Source: an uncultured Candidatus Rokubacteria bacterium
GTDB taxonomy: Bacteria; Methylomirabilota; Methylomirabilia; Rokubacteriales; CSP1-6
Reading direction: 5' to 3'
Assembly (NCBI GenBank): GCA_963789955.1
Contig: CAWBMV010000015.1
Span: 192,001-256,000 of the forward strand
Length of the DNA stretch: 64,000 nucleotides
Below, piece after piece: positions 29,163 to 42,118 of the stretch. The position numbers were made by a program, and so were the translations under genes. Each line of letters opens with the position of its first letter. Within the stretch, counting starts at the first letter, position 1. A model generated the notes under the pieces. It had not been told where the DNA came from. It ran no database searches and saw only the letters and a list, made by a program, of their open reading frames with translations.

Positions 29163-30062
29163 ATGAGCGTCCGGGTCGCCGGAGTCGGCGATCCCGTGGT
29201 GCGCGCCGCCTCCGCGTCGCGCTTCCGGCGCGGCATCAACCGGATCGCGCGCCGCGATCGCCTGGCGATCGTCGCCGCGCTGGCCTTGCTCGCCGCGGTG
29301 CTCGTGGCGCTGCTCGCGCCCTGGCTCCCGCTGCTCGACCCGGACACCGTCGACACGCCGAATCGCTTGCGGCCGCCCCTGACCGCCGGTCATCGGCTCG
29401 GCACCGACGAGTTCGGACGCGATCTCCTGGCGCGTCTGGTCTGGGGCGCGCGCGTGTCCTTGCTCGCCGGCGTGGCCACCGCGGCGGCGGCGATGGTGAT
29501 CGGCGTGACCTTGGGGGTGCTGGGCGGCTTCTACACGGGATGGGTCGAGACCGTGGTGATGCGGCTCACCGACATCCTGATGGCGTTTCCGTACATCCTG
29601 CTGGCCATCGCGATCGTGGCGGGCCTCGGGCCGGGCCTGCGCAACGCGATGATCGCCATCGCGATCGTGGGGTTTCCGATCTACACGCGGCTCGTGCGCG
29701 GCGTCGTGCTCTCGCTGCGCGAGCGCGAGTTCGTCGAAGCGGCCCGAGCGCTCGGCGCGACCGATCCGCTCATCCTCGCGCGCCACATTCTGCCGCACCT
29801 GCTCTCGCCGCTGATCGTGGCCTTCAGCCTCGACGTGGGCGCGAAGATCCTCGCGACGGCCGGGCTGTCCTTTCTCGGACTCGGCACTCAACCGCCGACG
29901 GCGGACTGGGGCAGCATGCTCGCGACCGGCCGCCAGTTCGTCGTCCTGAGCCCCCACGTCGTGCTCCTGCCGGGTCTCGCGATCTTCGTCATCGTCCTGG
30001 CCCTCAACCTGGTCGGCGACGCCCTCCGCGACATCCTGGACCCCCGCACCCACACCCGCTGA
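29163..30062 (+). CDS. Peptide ABC transporter permease (DppC-like)
   Basis: LGTDEFGRDLL, REFVEAARALGA, LSFLGLG..PPTADWG. Confidence 0.95.
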   Translation: MSVRVAGVGDPVVRAASASRFRRGINRIARRDRLAIVAALALLAAVLVALLAPWLPLLDPDTVDTPNRLRPPLTAGHRLGTDEFGRDLLARLVWGARVSLLAGVATAAAAMVIGVTLGVLGGFYTGWVETVVMRLTDILMAFPYILLAIAIVAGLGPGLRNAMIAIAIVGFPIYTRLVRGVVLSLREREFVEAARALGATDPLILARHILPHLLSPLIVAFSLDVGAKILATAGLSFLGLGTQPPTADWGSMLATGRQFVVLSPHVVLLPGLAIFVIVLALNLVGDALRDILDPRTHTR

Positions 30063-30172
30063 CCCGGGAAGATCGCGACGAGACCGCGGATTCACTCCTA
30101 AGCCGATCTCGACGGAGAGGCGACGGACGCCGGGCCCGCGCTGTACTCGCGCGCCGTTGATATCGGCTCGAC

Positions 30173-30365
30173 GGGAAGACGGCGGCGCCGGGCGGGGTGC
30201 GGGAGGGGTCGAGCGGACCCGTTCCCGCGAAGCGCACGGCGGACGTCGCGCGCCGGGATGGAGCCCAGCCGCCGCGGAGCAGCGCACGCGCGCCGCGTGG
30301 TCCGTCCGACCCCTCCCGCACCGCATCCCGCCCGGCGCCGCCGCCTCCCAGCGAATCGAAATCTA
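30173..30365. repeat. Long imperfect inverted repeat (about 50-bp arms) between convergent genes; REP/MITE-like element or bidirectional terminator
   Basis: Arm 30173-30219 (GGGAAGACGGCGGCGCCGGGCGGGGTGCGGGAGGGGTCG...GGACC) pairs with 30299-30349; followed by GCGAATCGAAATCTA. Confidence 0.7.
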
Positions 30366-30760
30366 AACTGCGACGGGAGAGTCCGAACGAGCGTAGCTGA
30401 CCGTCAAAATCTCCCAGAGATGTCCGTCAGCGTCTTCCCAGTAGACGTTCTTCCCGCCGAGCCGGCGATTGATCAGCATGTCGTTCTCGCCGCGCGGACG
30501 GCTCCGGTACGCGAGCCCGGCGCTCTGGATGCGGCCGAAGATCTCGTCGAAGTCGGTGTCGCTGACGCGGAAGCAGAGATGGTAGCGCTGGAACTGCTCG
30601 CGATCCGCGAAGTCGACGGTGAGCGATTCGTTGACGTAGACCGGCGTGAACTCCCCGCGTGACTCTCTCCCAGGCCACGCCGAGCAGATCGGCCAGGAGC
30701 TTCGCCGATGCGCGACCGCTGGCGCGAGGGCACGATGACGTGATCGAGCTGGATGGCCAT
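30363..30760 (-). CDS. VOC/glyoxalase family protein; frameshifted
   Basis: MAIQLDHVIVP...FTPVYVNESLTVDF...HLCFRV...VYWEDADGHLWEI. Confidence 0.85.
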
Positions 30761-30787
30761 GGTGCGACCTCCCGCGACGTTGGATCG

Positions 30788-32329
30788 TTACGGCTTCTTC
30801 AGCCGCATGTCCTCCCAGGGTGAAGTGAAGTAGAGCTGCGTGCTCAGGCCGACGCCGGGCTCTTCGACCCGCGGGCCGATCCCGTGCTAGCGTGGCCGGC
30901 TCGAAGATCCCGCCGTACATGACACGGTCGTACATCAGACGCTGGATCTGATGCAAGAGCGCCTCGCGCTTCTTGCGGTCACGCTCCTGCGCCTGCTGGC
31001 GGAACAGATCGTCGATGTCCGGTGGCCGCCGGTGGCGTAGGGCGCCGTGCTGATGACGAAGTTCTCGATCCGTGAGGCCGCGTTGCCCGGCGCCGCCGTG
31101 ACCGTGACGAACACGCCCTGACGGGTACGTCGTCCGCCACGCCTCCATGTACGTCGCGCGCTCCATGCGCGCACGCGCGCGCGGATGCCGATGGCCGCGA
31201 GGTAGTTCGCGATGCTTTCGCCCATAGTGACGAACGGAGGAAACGGCGTGATCTCACCGGCGTCGAAGCCGTTCGGATAGCCGGCTTCGACGAGGAGACG
31301 CTTGGCGTGGGTGGGATCGTAAGGGATAGGGCTCGATGCGCTGCGCGAAGTCCATCCCGCTCGGGATGATCGATCCGGTCAGGCGCGAGAAGCCGAGTCG
31401 CTCCGCTTCGTTGAGCCCCTGCTTGTCGACCGCCATCGCGGCGGCCAGCCGGACGCGACGATCGTGCCACGGCGACTTCGGATTGAATTGCTCCGGGAAG
31501 TCGACCCACCACGTCGCGGGCGGGATCACGCTCGCGAGACGAAGCTTCGGATCGGCCTTGATGGTCGCCGCCTCGACCCCGACCATCAAGTAGCCGATGT
31601 CCGCCTCGCCGGTCTTCAGCATGGCCAGGCGCGTCGTCCGGTCCGGCACGCCCTTTGAAGACGATCGTCTTGATCGTCGGCTTCTTGCGCCAGTACTGCT
31701 CGTTCGCCTCGAGCACCAGCTCGACGCCCGGCGTCTGGCGAACGAATCGATAGGGGCCGAGCCCGACGGGCTGGCGACGGAAGCCCTCCTCGCCGACCTT
31801 CTCGAGGTATTTCCGGGGCACGATCCAGCCGGCGCCGGTGGCGGGCGTCGCGTAGAACGTGAGGAAATCGGGCCACGGCTTGTCCAGGACGAACCGGACG
31901 CGCAGCGGATCGAGCACGTCGACCGACTTCACGCGATCGTGCAGGAGCTTCGCCGACGCGCCCTTGTAGCGCTGGAACGAGAACTTCACGTCTTCCGCGG
32001 TGAACGGATCGCCGTTGTGGAACTTGAGGTTCGGGCGCAGCTTGAACTCGTACGAGAGCCCGATCGGCGCTCTCCTTCCACGACTCGGCGAGGCACGGGG
32101 CCATGTCGTTGCCGGGCAGCGGCTTGGCCAGCGCGTCGTGCATCGCGTACAGGAAGACGAACGGCGTGCCGATGCCCGGGGTCTCGGCCGGATCGAGAAA
32201 AGTCGGCGCGATCGACGCGTCGAACGCGACCGTCAGCTGCCCTTCGGGCTGACCCTGAGCCGCCGCCGCGCCGCTCCACGTCGCCAGAATGAACGCCCCG
32301 AGGAGGATCCGTCGCGTGAGCCCATTCAT
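30788..32329 (-). CDS. Peptide ABC substrate-binding protein (orphan); multiple frameshifts
   Basis: LDPAETPGIGTPF..HDAL, LAESW, PVGLGPYRF, WHDRRVRLAA across ORFs 31616..32872, 30979..31989 and 31254..31649. Confidence 0.85.
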
Positions 32330-32340
32330 ATCGAGCCTCC

Positions 32341-32979
32341 TCACGATTTGGTTTTCTTGCGCGCCGCGTTCGCCGCGCGCCAGAGGTACCAGGCGGCGAC
32401 GGAGCGATAGGGTTTCCACCGCTCGCCGACGGCGCGCAGAGCCTTCGGCGTCGGCCGCTCCCGTCGTCCGTACGCGACGCGGTATCCTTCGCGCACCCCG
32501 AAGTCGTCGACCGGCAGCACGTCGGGTCGTCCGAGCGTGAAGATCAAGAGCATCTCGACCGTCCACCGCCCGACCCCGTGAATCCGCGTCAGCTGCTCGA
32601 TGATCGCGTCGTCGTCGAGCCGCGCCGCCGCTCGCCGCGTCGGCACCCGACCCGCGACCGCGTGCCGCGCGATGTCCTTGATCGCCCGCACCTTGCCGCG
32701 CGAGAAGCCCGCCCGGCGCAGCCGCGCGGGGCGGGCGGCCGACACGTCCATCGGCGACGGGAAGCGCCCGTTCTCGAAGAGCGCGACGAAGCGCGCGAGG
32801 ATCGACTCCGCCGCGCGACCGTGAAGCTGTTGATGGGCGATCGCGCGCGTCAGCGCTTCGTAGGGCGACCACTTGCCGGGCGCGAGCTCGCAGGGACCGT
32901 GAAGGCGAATGAGCCGGCGCATCACCGGATCTCGCGACAGGTGACGGTGCGCCGAGGTCACGAAACCGCCGGTGGCCAT
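32341..32979 (-). CDS. alkA: DNA-3-methyladenine glycosylase II (AlkA family)
   Basis: YEALTRAIAHQQL, HhH motif LTRIHGVGRWTVEM, PVDDFGVR, WKPYRSVAAWYLW. Confidence 0.9.
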   Translation of the reverse strand: MATGGFVTSAHRHLSRDPVMRRLIRLHGPCELAPGKWSPYEALTRAIAHQQLHGRAAESILARFVALFENGRFPSPMDVSAARPARLRRAGFSRGKVRAIKDIARHAVAGRVPTRRAAARLDDDAIIEQLTRIHGVGRWTVEMLLIFTLGRPDVLPVDDFGVREGYRVAYGRRERPTPKALRAVGERWKPYRSVAAWYLWRAANAARKKTKS

Positions 32980-33035
32980 CGAGACCGGATACAGCGGCGG
33001 CGGCGATGGAGTCAAGCCGGAAGTACGAGTCGGGG

Positions 33036-33248
33036 CTACGCGGCTCCGTTCAGCGCGAGCCGGCGCTCCCACCGTACGCCGCAGTCGGGGCATCGCAGCC
33101 AGGCCACACCCCAGAGGGCACCGTTGGCGGCCACCTCGAGGATGCTGCCGGCGAGGCCGGCGCACTCACGATGGTCGGTCAGGTGTCCCTCGAAGCTCCG
33201 GACGAGGTCGGCGATGGCCGCTCCGCGAAGCGCAGAATCCGTCGACAC
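33036..33248 (-). CDS. Small hypothetical protein with HxxC...CxxC putative Zn site
   Basis: DHRECAG...LRCPDCG; fits the gap between co-oriented genes. Confidence 0.55.
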   Translation of the reverse strand: MSTDSALRGAAIADLVRSFEGHLTDHRECAGLAGSILEVAANGALWGVAWLRCPDCGVRWERRLALNGAA

Positions 33249-33275
33249 CGGCGAGAGCCCTCGCGGGGCGATCGG

Positions 33276-33660
33276 TCAGGGGAACTGCCGCTCGTTGACG
33301 GGCGGCCGGGTGCCGGCGGGAAATTGGATCGTGGTGTCGCCCTGCGGGCTCCGGCCGGTCAGCGGCGGAGTGTAGACCTCGTGATCGGACAGTCGGCGTT
33401 CCCAGTGGCCGGGCACGAGCACCTGACCGTCCGACGCCCGGAACCTGGACGAGTCGATCGGGCACCCAGAGCATGGTGGGCGGACGGACGCTGGGCGCCG
33501 GCGTCGTCGGCACGGGTCGCGTCGACGACTGGTTCAGCCGGTCGAAGATCGCGCCCCCGGGAGTCGTGCCGCCCGGCGCCGGTCTCATCTGGCCCCATGC
33601 CGGGTGCAGCGAGCTCACGCTCACCATCGCCACCACGCCGAGCGCCACGTACCACCGCAT
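33276..33660 (-). CDS. Small exported Pro-rich hypothetical protein; frameshift near 33430
   Basis: Signal peptide MRWYVALGVVAMVS...AWG; WVPDR...VPGHWER motif after the frame switch. Confidence 0.6.
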
Positions 33661-33732
33661 GACTAGATTGTCCCACTCTCCGGGCCGGCGCGCAGCTTCA
33701 TGCGCCAGAACGACGCGCCCAGCGGTCGTCTA

Positions 33733-34236
33733 TCAGAGCGCTTTCAGCATCGTGTCGGCGTCGCTCACCTCGAATTTGCCCGGCTGCTCGACGTTGACGG
33801 CCTTGACCACACCGTTGTCCACCAGCATCGAGTAGCGCTGCGAGCGCACGCCCATGCCGCGCGCGGTCAGGTCCATGTCGAGCCCGAGCGCCTTGGTGAA
33901 GATGGCGCTGCCGTCGGCCATCATGCGCACCTTGCCGCCGGCCTTCTGATCCCGGCCCCACGCGCCCATCACGAACGCGTCGTTGACGGAGACACACCAC
34001 ACCTCGTCGACGCCCTTGGCCCGGAGCTTGTCGAAGTTCTGCACGTAGCTCGGGACGTGCTTGGCCGAGCAGGTCGGCGTGAACGCGCCGGGCAGGCCGA
34101 AAATCGCGATCTTCTTGCCCTTGGTGATCTCGCCGACCGCGAACGCGTTCGGGCCGATCGTGCAGCCCGGCCGCTCGGTGTCGACCATCTCCGTCAGGGT
34201 TCCGTCGGGAATCCGATCACCAACCTTGATCGCCAT
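33733..34236 (-). CDS. Peroxiredoxin, Prx5/redoxin type
   Basis: GLPGAFTPTCSAKHVP, SVNDAFVMGAW, ADGSA, RSQRYSM. Confidence 0.95.
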   Translation of the reverse strand: MAIKVGDRIPDGTLTEMVDTERPGCTIGPNAFAVGEITKGKKIAIFGLPGAFTPTCSAKHVPSYVQNFDKLRAKGVDEVWCVSVNDAFVMGAWGRDQKAGGKVRMMADGSAIFTKALGLDMDLTARGMGVRSQRYSMLVDNGVVKAVNVEQPGKFEVSDADTMLKAL

Positions 34237-34321
34237 CACATCCTCCTTGAATGAACGCACGCCGTGAAGTTGATCGCGGCGGAGACGCCGCGGGGCAGAG
34301 TATCCGATACGCAACGCGCAA

Positions 34322-36668
<2,347 letters not shown>

Positions 36669-36672
<4 letters not shown>

Positions 36673-37593
36673 CGCGCGGCGGCCGACTCGGGCCCGCAAC
36701 ACGGGCGCCACGTCGTTCGCCACGCGGCGGAGGTGCGCGAGGTCGAGATTCGGAACGCCGAGCATGAGCTTCGTGATGCCGGCGTCCACGTGCTCGACGA
36801 GCCGCGCGGCGACCTCGCGCGCCGGTCCGAAGATGGCCCACTGATCGACGTCGAAGCGTGCCCCGTAGTAGCCGTGGAGAAATGCTCCCAAGGTGGCCCG
36901 CGCTCGATCGCGATCGTCGTCGACCGCGACGTACACGAGTCGGCCTGCGACGAGCGCGTCCGGGTTTCGCCCGGCGGCACGCGCGGCATCCTGCACGGCG
37001 CGCCACAGGCGGGGGAAGTCACGCACGGTGCCGAACGGGCTCATGATCCAGCCGTCGCCCAGCTCGCCGGCTCGGCGCAGCGCGCCCTCGGCGTGGCCGC
37101 CGACGTAGAGGGGAACGCGCGCCGCCGGACGGACGATGGCCTTCTCGAGGCGGAAGAACTGGCCCTGGTGGTCGACCGGCTCGCCGGTGAGCAGCCTCCG
37201 GATCACCGCGACGCTCTCCTGGAAGACCGTGACGCGGCGGTTCATCGGCACGCCGACGGCCACGTACTCCTCGGGGCGACCGCCGAGCGACACACCGAGA
37301 GCCAGCCGCCCGCCGGAGAGGTGATGAAGCGTCGACACCTGCCGGGCGACCACCGCGGCCGCGCGCAGGGTGACGACGAGCACCGCGGTCCCGAGCTCGA
37401 TCCGCCGGGTGCACGCGGCCGCCACGGCCAAGAGCATGAGCGGATCGAGCATGTTCGCGTCGTGGAAGATTCGATCCTCGGTCCACACCGCGTCGAGCCC
37501 GAGCGCCTCGACCTGACGGAAGAACTCCGCGTAGGCCTCGCCCGAATCGAGCGGCGTGACCGCGGAGCTCGGCACATGGATACCGACTGACAC
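36669..37593 (-). CDS. LLM-class flavin-dependent oxidoreductase
   Basis: EALGLDAVWTEDRI, CTRRIELGTAVLV, LSGGRLALGV, VPLYVGG...RRAGELGDGW. Confidence 0.9.
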
Positions 37594-37634
37594 GGACGAG
37601 GGCGGGACAAGCTTGATTGTAAAAGGCTATCACA

Positions 37635-37934
37635 TCAGGACTTCGGGGCCGCCCTTGGTCCGAAGGGTTCTGGCCGAAAGCCTCCGTCCCGGGCCTCCAG
37701 GAACGCCTTGAGGCCCCCCGACTGCATCGCGGCGATGAGCTCGGCCCGCTGGGCGTTGTACGAGGCGTGCGCCATGCTCGAGAACGGCGCGTTCATCAGC
37801 ATCCCGGCGCCGATGCCCGAGCGTGCCGCTGAGCCGCGCTGCAGGTTCGCGACGACCCGTGTCGCGCGGGTCATCCGCTGCGAGGCGCCGACGACCGCGA
37901 TGCTCGCCGGCTTCATCAGAGGCGCCAGATTCAT
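37635..37934 (-). pseudogene. Chimeric remnant: acyl-CoA synthetase (CoA-binding) N-terminus joined to an enoyl-CoA hydratase-like C-terminus
   Basis: MNLAPLMKPASIAVVGAS (CoA-binding start), then GGLKAFLEARDGGFRPEPFGPR (crotonase-like tail); only about 100 aa. Confidence 0.5.
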
Positions 37935-38037
37935 CGGCCGCCCGACTATGGCGGAAGGGTCGTCGGCTGTCAACGCGCGCACTCCACCGAGGACGGTGCG
38001 CGGGCGTTCGGCGCGCGCGATTCCTAGTCGCCGGCGT

Positions 38038-38373
38038 TCAGCGGATCGTCGAGGGTGGCCCGGAGTGCGGCTGCAGGTACGGGCTGGCTGGACCCGCGTA
38101 GGGGAAGTAGCGAGTCGTTCCCGGGACTTCCTGGTTGTCGACCGTCAGGCACGCGCAGCCGATGCCGGGGGGCGCGGACCATGTCGGCAGCTGGCACCAG
38201 CCCCACTGCGTCGTGCAGATGTTCGCCGGCGGCGCGACGGTCTGGGGAACAGGTCGCGGAGGCGGATGCGGCCGCGCGGGCGCGGTCGATTCGGGGCGCG
38301 GAGCGACCTGCGCTTCCGTCGTGGTGATCGTGCTCACCAGCAGCAGCGCCAGGACTGCCGGCGCGAGAGGCAT
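38038..38373 (-). CDS. Small exported protein with a four-Cys domain
   Basis: Signal peptide, then ICTTQWGWCQL...GIGCACL. Confidence 0.65.
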   Translation of the reverse strand: MPLAPAVLALLLVSTITTTEAQVAPRPESTAPARPHPPPRPVPQTVAPPANICTTQWGWCQLPTWSAPPGIGCACLTVDNQEVPGTTRYFPYAGPASPYLQPHSGPPSTIR

Positions 38374-38391
38374 TCGGCGCGCCACGGCGAG

Positions 38392-39363
38392 CTACTTGAG
38401 CCGCGGGTCGAGCGCGTCGCGGAGACCGTCGCCGAAGAGATTGAAGCCGAGCACGGTGACGAAGATCGCGATGCCGGGGAAGAGCGAGATCCAGGGATTG
38501 GAGTGAATGAACGCCACGTTGGCCTTCAGGTCCCAGCCCCAGCTCGGCGTCGGCGGCTGCGTGCCGAGCCCGAGGAACGACAGGGTGGCTTCCACGATGA
38601 TCGACGTCGCGATGCCGAGCGTCGTCGTCACGATGATCGGCGCCAGGCAGTTCGGCAGGACGTGGCGGAGAAGGATCCACGGATCGCGCACGCCGACGGC
38701 GCGGCACGCCTCGATGTACTCTTTCTCCTTGATGGACAGCACGCTGCCCCGGACCAGACGCGCATAGATCGGGATCCGTACGATGGCGATGGCGCCGGTG
38801 ACCTTCATCGTGCCGATGAGCCCCGCCGTCGGCGCGAAGATGACCATCAGGATGATGGCGAGCAGGTAGATCGGGAATGCGAGGATCAGATCCATCGTGC
38901 GCATGATGAGGGAGTCGGCGCGTCCGCCGTAGTAGCCGGCGATCATCCCGAACGGGACGCCGACGAAGAGGGCGAGCAAGACCGACGAGACACCGACCGC
39001 GAGCGAGATCCGGCTGCCGTGGATCACGCGGCTCAGCATGTCGCGCCCGAGCTGATCCGTCCCGAGTGGGTAGCTCCAGCTCGGGCGCTCGAAGGTGTGG
39101 GCCTGGTCGCTGGCGATCGGGCTCCGGGGCGCGAGCACGTCGGCGAACAGCGCGACCACCAGCAGCAGCGCGACGATGACCGCGCCGATCAGCGCAGTCG
39201 TGCTGCGCCGGAGTCGGCGCACGCCCTGCGTGAACGGGGATTCCGCCCGATCGCGTTTGGCCAGCCAGGCGACCTTCGGCGCCGCTCCCAGATCGGCTTC
39301 CTGAAGGCTTCCTCCGCTGATGCTCCGGAGCTGCCTCGCGCGCGTACCGTTGTCGTCGCTCAT
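38392..39363 (-). CDS. Peptide ABC permease (DppC-like)
   Basis: LGTDQLGRDMLSR, KEYIEACRAVG, LSFLGLG..PPTPSWG. Confidence 0.95.
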   Translation of the reverse strand: MSDDNGTRARQLRSISGGSLQEADLGAAPKVAWLAKRDRAESPFTQGVRRLRRSTTALIGAVIVALLLVVALFADVLAPRSPIASDQAHTFERPSWSYPLGTDQLGRDMLSRVIHGSRISLAVGVSSVLLALFVGVPFGMIAGYYGGRADSLIMRTMDLILAFPIYLLAIILMVIFAPTAGLIGTMKVTGAIAIVRIPIYARLVRGSVLSIKEKEYIEACRAVGVRDPWILLRHVLPNCLAPIIVTTTLGIATSIIVEATLSFLGLGTQPPTPSWGWDLKANVAFIHSNPWISLFPGIAIFVTVLGFNLFGDGLRDALDPRLK

Positions 39364-39370
39364 CGTGCCC

Positions 39371-40345
39371 TCAGGCGTACCGGATCCTCGGATCCAGGAA
39401 GGTATAGGTGAGATCGACGATCAGGTTGATCACGACGAACGCGAGCGCCGTCACGAGGGCGAAGCCCTGCACCTGCTGGTAGTCGCGCGCGATGATCGCG
39501 TCGATGCCGAAGGTGCCCAGACCAGGCATCGCGAAGAGCGTTTCCACGACGATGGCGCCCCCGATGAGGAAACCGACCTGCAGGCCCATCACCGTCACGG
39601 TTGGGATCAGGGCGTTCTTGAGGGCGTGCTTGAGCACGACCGGGCCCTCGCTCAAGCCCTTGGCTCGCGCCGTCGTGACGTACTCGGTGCGGATGACCTC
39701 GAGCATGCTGGCGCGGAGCAGCCGCGTCAGGAGCGCGGCCCGCCCCACGCCGAGCGCGAAGGCGGGCATCAGGACGTGCTGCGTGTTGCCCCAGAGGCTT
39801 GCCGCGCATACCACGGTCTGGCAGGTGCCCGGGAAGTACACCCAGCCCGAGCTCGGCAGTGCCCCGCCGAGCCCGACGGAGAAGATGAGCAAGAGCAAGA
39901 CACCGAGGAAGAACTCCGGGACGGAGACGCCGACCATGGCGATGGACGTCGCCGTGTAGTCGGCCCACGTGTTCTGGCGCAGGGACCCGATGATCGCGGC
40001 GGGGATGGCGATCACGAGGGCCACGACCATCGACAGGACGATCAGCTCGAGCGTCACCGGCAGGCGCACCAGAACGTCTTGCAGGACTGGACGACCGCTC
40101 AGGATCGAGCTGCCCCAGTCGCCCTGGGCGAGCTTGCCGAGCCAGATCACGTACTGGACCATGACCGGCTTGTCGAGCCCGTACTCCTGGCGCGCCTTGA
40201 TCGCGTTCTCCTCGGTGTAGGCGTCGCCGAGCAGCGACACGACCGGATCGCCGGGAATCGACCGCATCATGACAAACACCACGAACGTGATTCCGAGGAC
40301 GGTCGGAATGATCTGCAGCAGCCGGCGCAGAATGTAGGTTCGCAT
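39371..40345 (-). CDS. Peptide ABC permease (DppB-like)
   Basis: IPGDPV, EYVTTARAKGL, ETLFAMPG, DPRIRY. Confidence 0.95.
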   Translation of the reverse strand: MRTYILRRLLQIIPTVLGITFVVFVMMRSIPGDPVVSLLGDAYTEENAIKARQEYGLDKPVMVQYVIWLGKLAQGDWGSSILSGRPVLQDVLVRLPVTLELIVLSMVVALVIAIPAAIIGSLRQNTWADYTATSIAMVGVSVPEFFLGVLLLLIFSVGLGGALPSSGWVYFPGTCQTVVCAASLWGNTQHVLMPAFALGVGRAALLTRLLRASMLEVIRTEYVTTARAKGLSEGPVVLKHALKNALIPTVTVMGLQVGFLIGGAIVVETLFAMPGLGTFGIDAIIARDYQQVQGFALVTALAFVVINLIVDLTYTFLDPRIRYA

Positions 40346-40446
40346 CTCGGCCCTGGCTACCTGTCCGCTATCTTTCCGTGAATGCGAGTGGAGAGTCCGC
40401 GCACTCTACGGGAGTCCGCGCCTGTCGACAAGTGATCCCCGGCTCC

Positions 40447-42065
40447 CTATTTGTCGAGCCAGACTTTCTTGTAGACGATCTTGAACTCGGCCTGGTAGAC
40501 GTAATCCTTCATCCACGGCTGCGCCGCCTGGTAGAACGGTGAGCCGGAGATCGTGTTCCAGTAGAGCTTGTCGGCGCTGTACTCCTGCAACTCTCTGGCG
40601 ATGGCCTTGCGCTTCACAGGATCCATCTCTCGGGCGTAGCGCGTGTAGAAGTCGTCGATCCTGGTATCGGTGTGGCGCGCACTGTTCCAGGCCGCCGAGC
40701 TGGCCGACAAGGTAGGAGTTCTGATCCACGGTCAGGAGGGAGGCGAGGTCCTCGACGTACATGTCGAACACGCCATCCTGCGTCGCAGTGGTCAGCCAGC
40801 TGGGCTTGTCGACCAGCCGGATGTTCGCGGTGACCCCGATCCGTGCCATCTGCTCCTTGATCACGGTGGCGATCACGCTGAACACCGACTTCTCGCTGTT
40901 GGTCATCAGCTCGAAGGTCAGCGGTTTCTGTGGGCCATGGCCGGCCTCGGCCAGCAGCGCCTTGGCCTTCGCAGGATCGTAGGGACACATGTGATTGACG
41001 TCCACGGTGTCGATCGTGCCGGGCGGGATGATCCCGACCCATGGCGTGGCCCGGCCCTTGTACGCGATCTTGACGATCTCGTTGCGATCGATGCCGTAGC
41101 ACGCGACCGCCTTGCGGACCCTGATGTCGCCGAAGATCGGGTGCGGCCCGCGGTTCTTCGACATCGGCTTGCCGTCGGCCGGCACGGTGACCTTCATCAT
41201 GGCCACCATCGGCGTCGTCTCCTTCCCGGTCATGACCTGGGCGCGGGGGTTCTGAGCCCGGAGCGTGTCCACGTGATCGGCCGAGAAGTCGGCGATGAAA
41301 TCGATCTCGCCGGCCTTGAACGCCGCGAGTTGCGTGACCGGATCCTTGATCGTGCGGATCACGACGCGATCCAGGTAGGGAAGCCCCGGCTCGAAGTATT
41401 TGTCGAAGCGGTCCATGACCAGATGGGTGCCCTTCACCCACTCGACGAGCTTGAAGGGCCCGCATCCGACCAGCGCCTCGGGCTTTCCTGCCTTGCGCTC
41501 TTCGGGTGAGTGCTTCTGCATGGCAGCGGGCGAGAGGATGATCGATCCCCATGCGATAGGTCGCCAGCACGTGCATCATGAACGCGTACGGCTGCTTGAG
41601 TCGGATCTGGACGGTGTGGGAATCGACCACCTCGACGGAGTGCACCGCTCCGAGGAACTGCCGCATGTTGGACTTATTCGCGGGGTCCAGGACGTAGTCG
41701 AACGTGAATTTCACGGCGGCGGCGTCGACCTTGGTGCCGTCGTGGAACAGGACGTTCTTCCTGAGCTTGAACGTGTACAGGAGACCGTCGGGAGAGATCT
41801 GCCACGACTCGGCGGCGTCCGGAATGAAGTTCCCGTCGGGGGTCATGCTGACGAGCCCGCACCCGACGTTCGTCGCGACCCAGACCATCTCGTAGCCGGG
41901 CAAGGTGTAGAAGTCCATGCCCAGGATCTCGTTGCCGTAGGCGACGTGCAGGGTTCCCCCTCGTTTGACCGCCTGGCCTTCCGCCGCGATCGGCAGCACG
42001 GCGAGCACGACAGCGAGCGTGATCAGCGCGGATCCCCGACCTGGTAGGCGGTATCGTGAACGCAT
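40447..42065 (-). CDS. Peptide ABC substrate-binding protein; frameshifts near 41540 and 40710
   Basis: KRGGTL, AESWQISPDGLLYTFKLRKNVLFHDG, VGCGPFK, YDPAKAKALLAEAG. Confidence 0.9.
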
Positions 42066-42118
42066 GGTGTCTTTTCCTCCCCATTAATGGAGCGTGTGGA
42101 GCGGACGCCGCCGTTACC

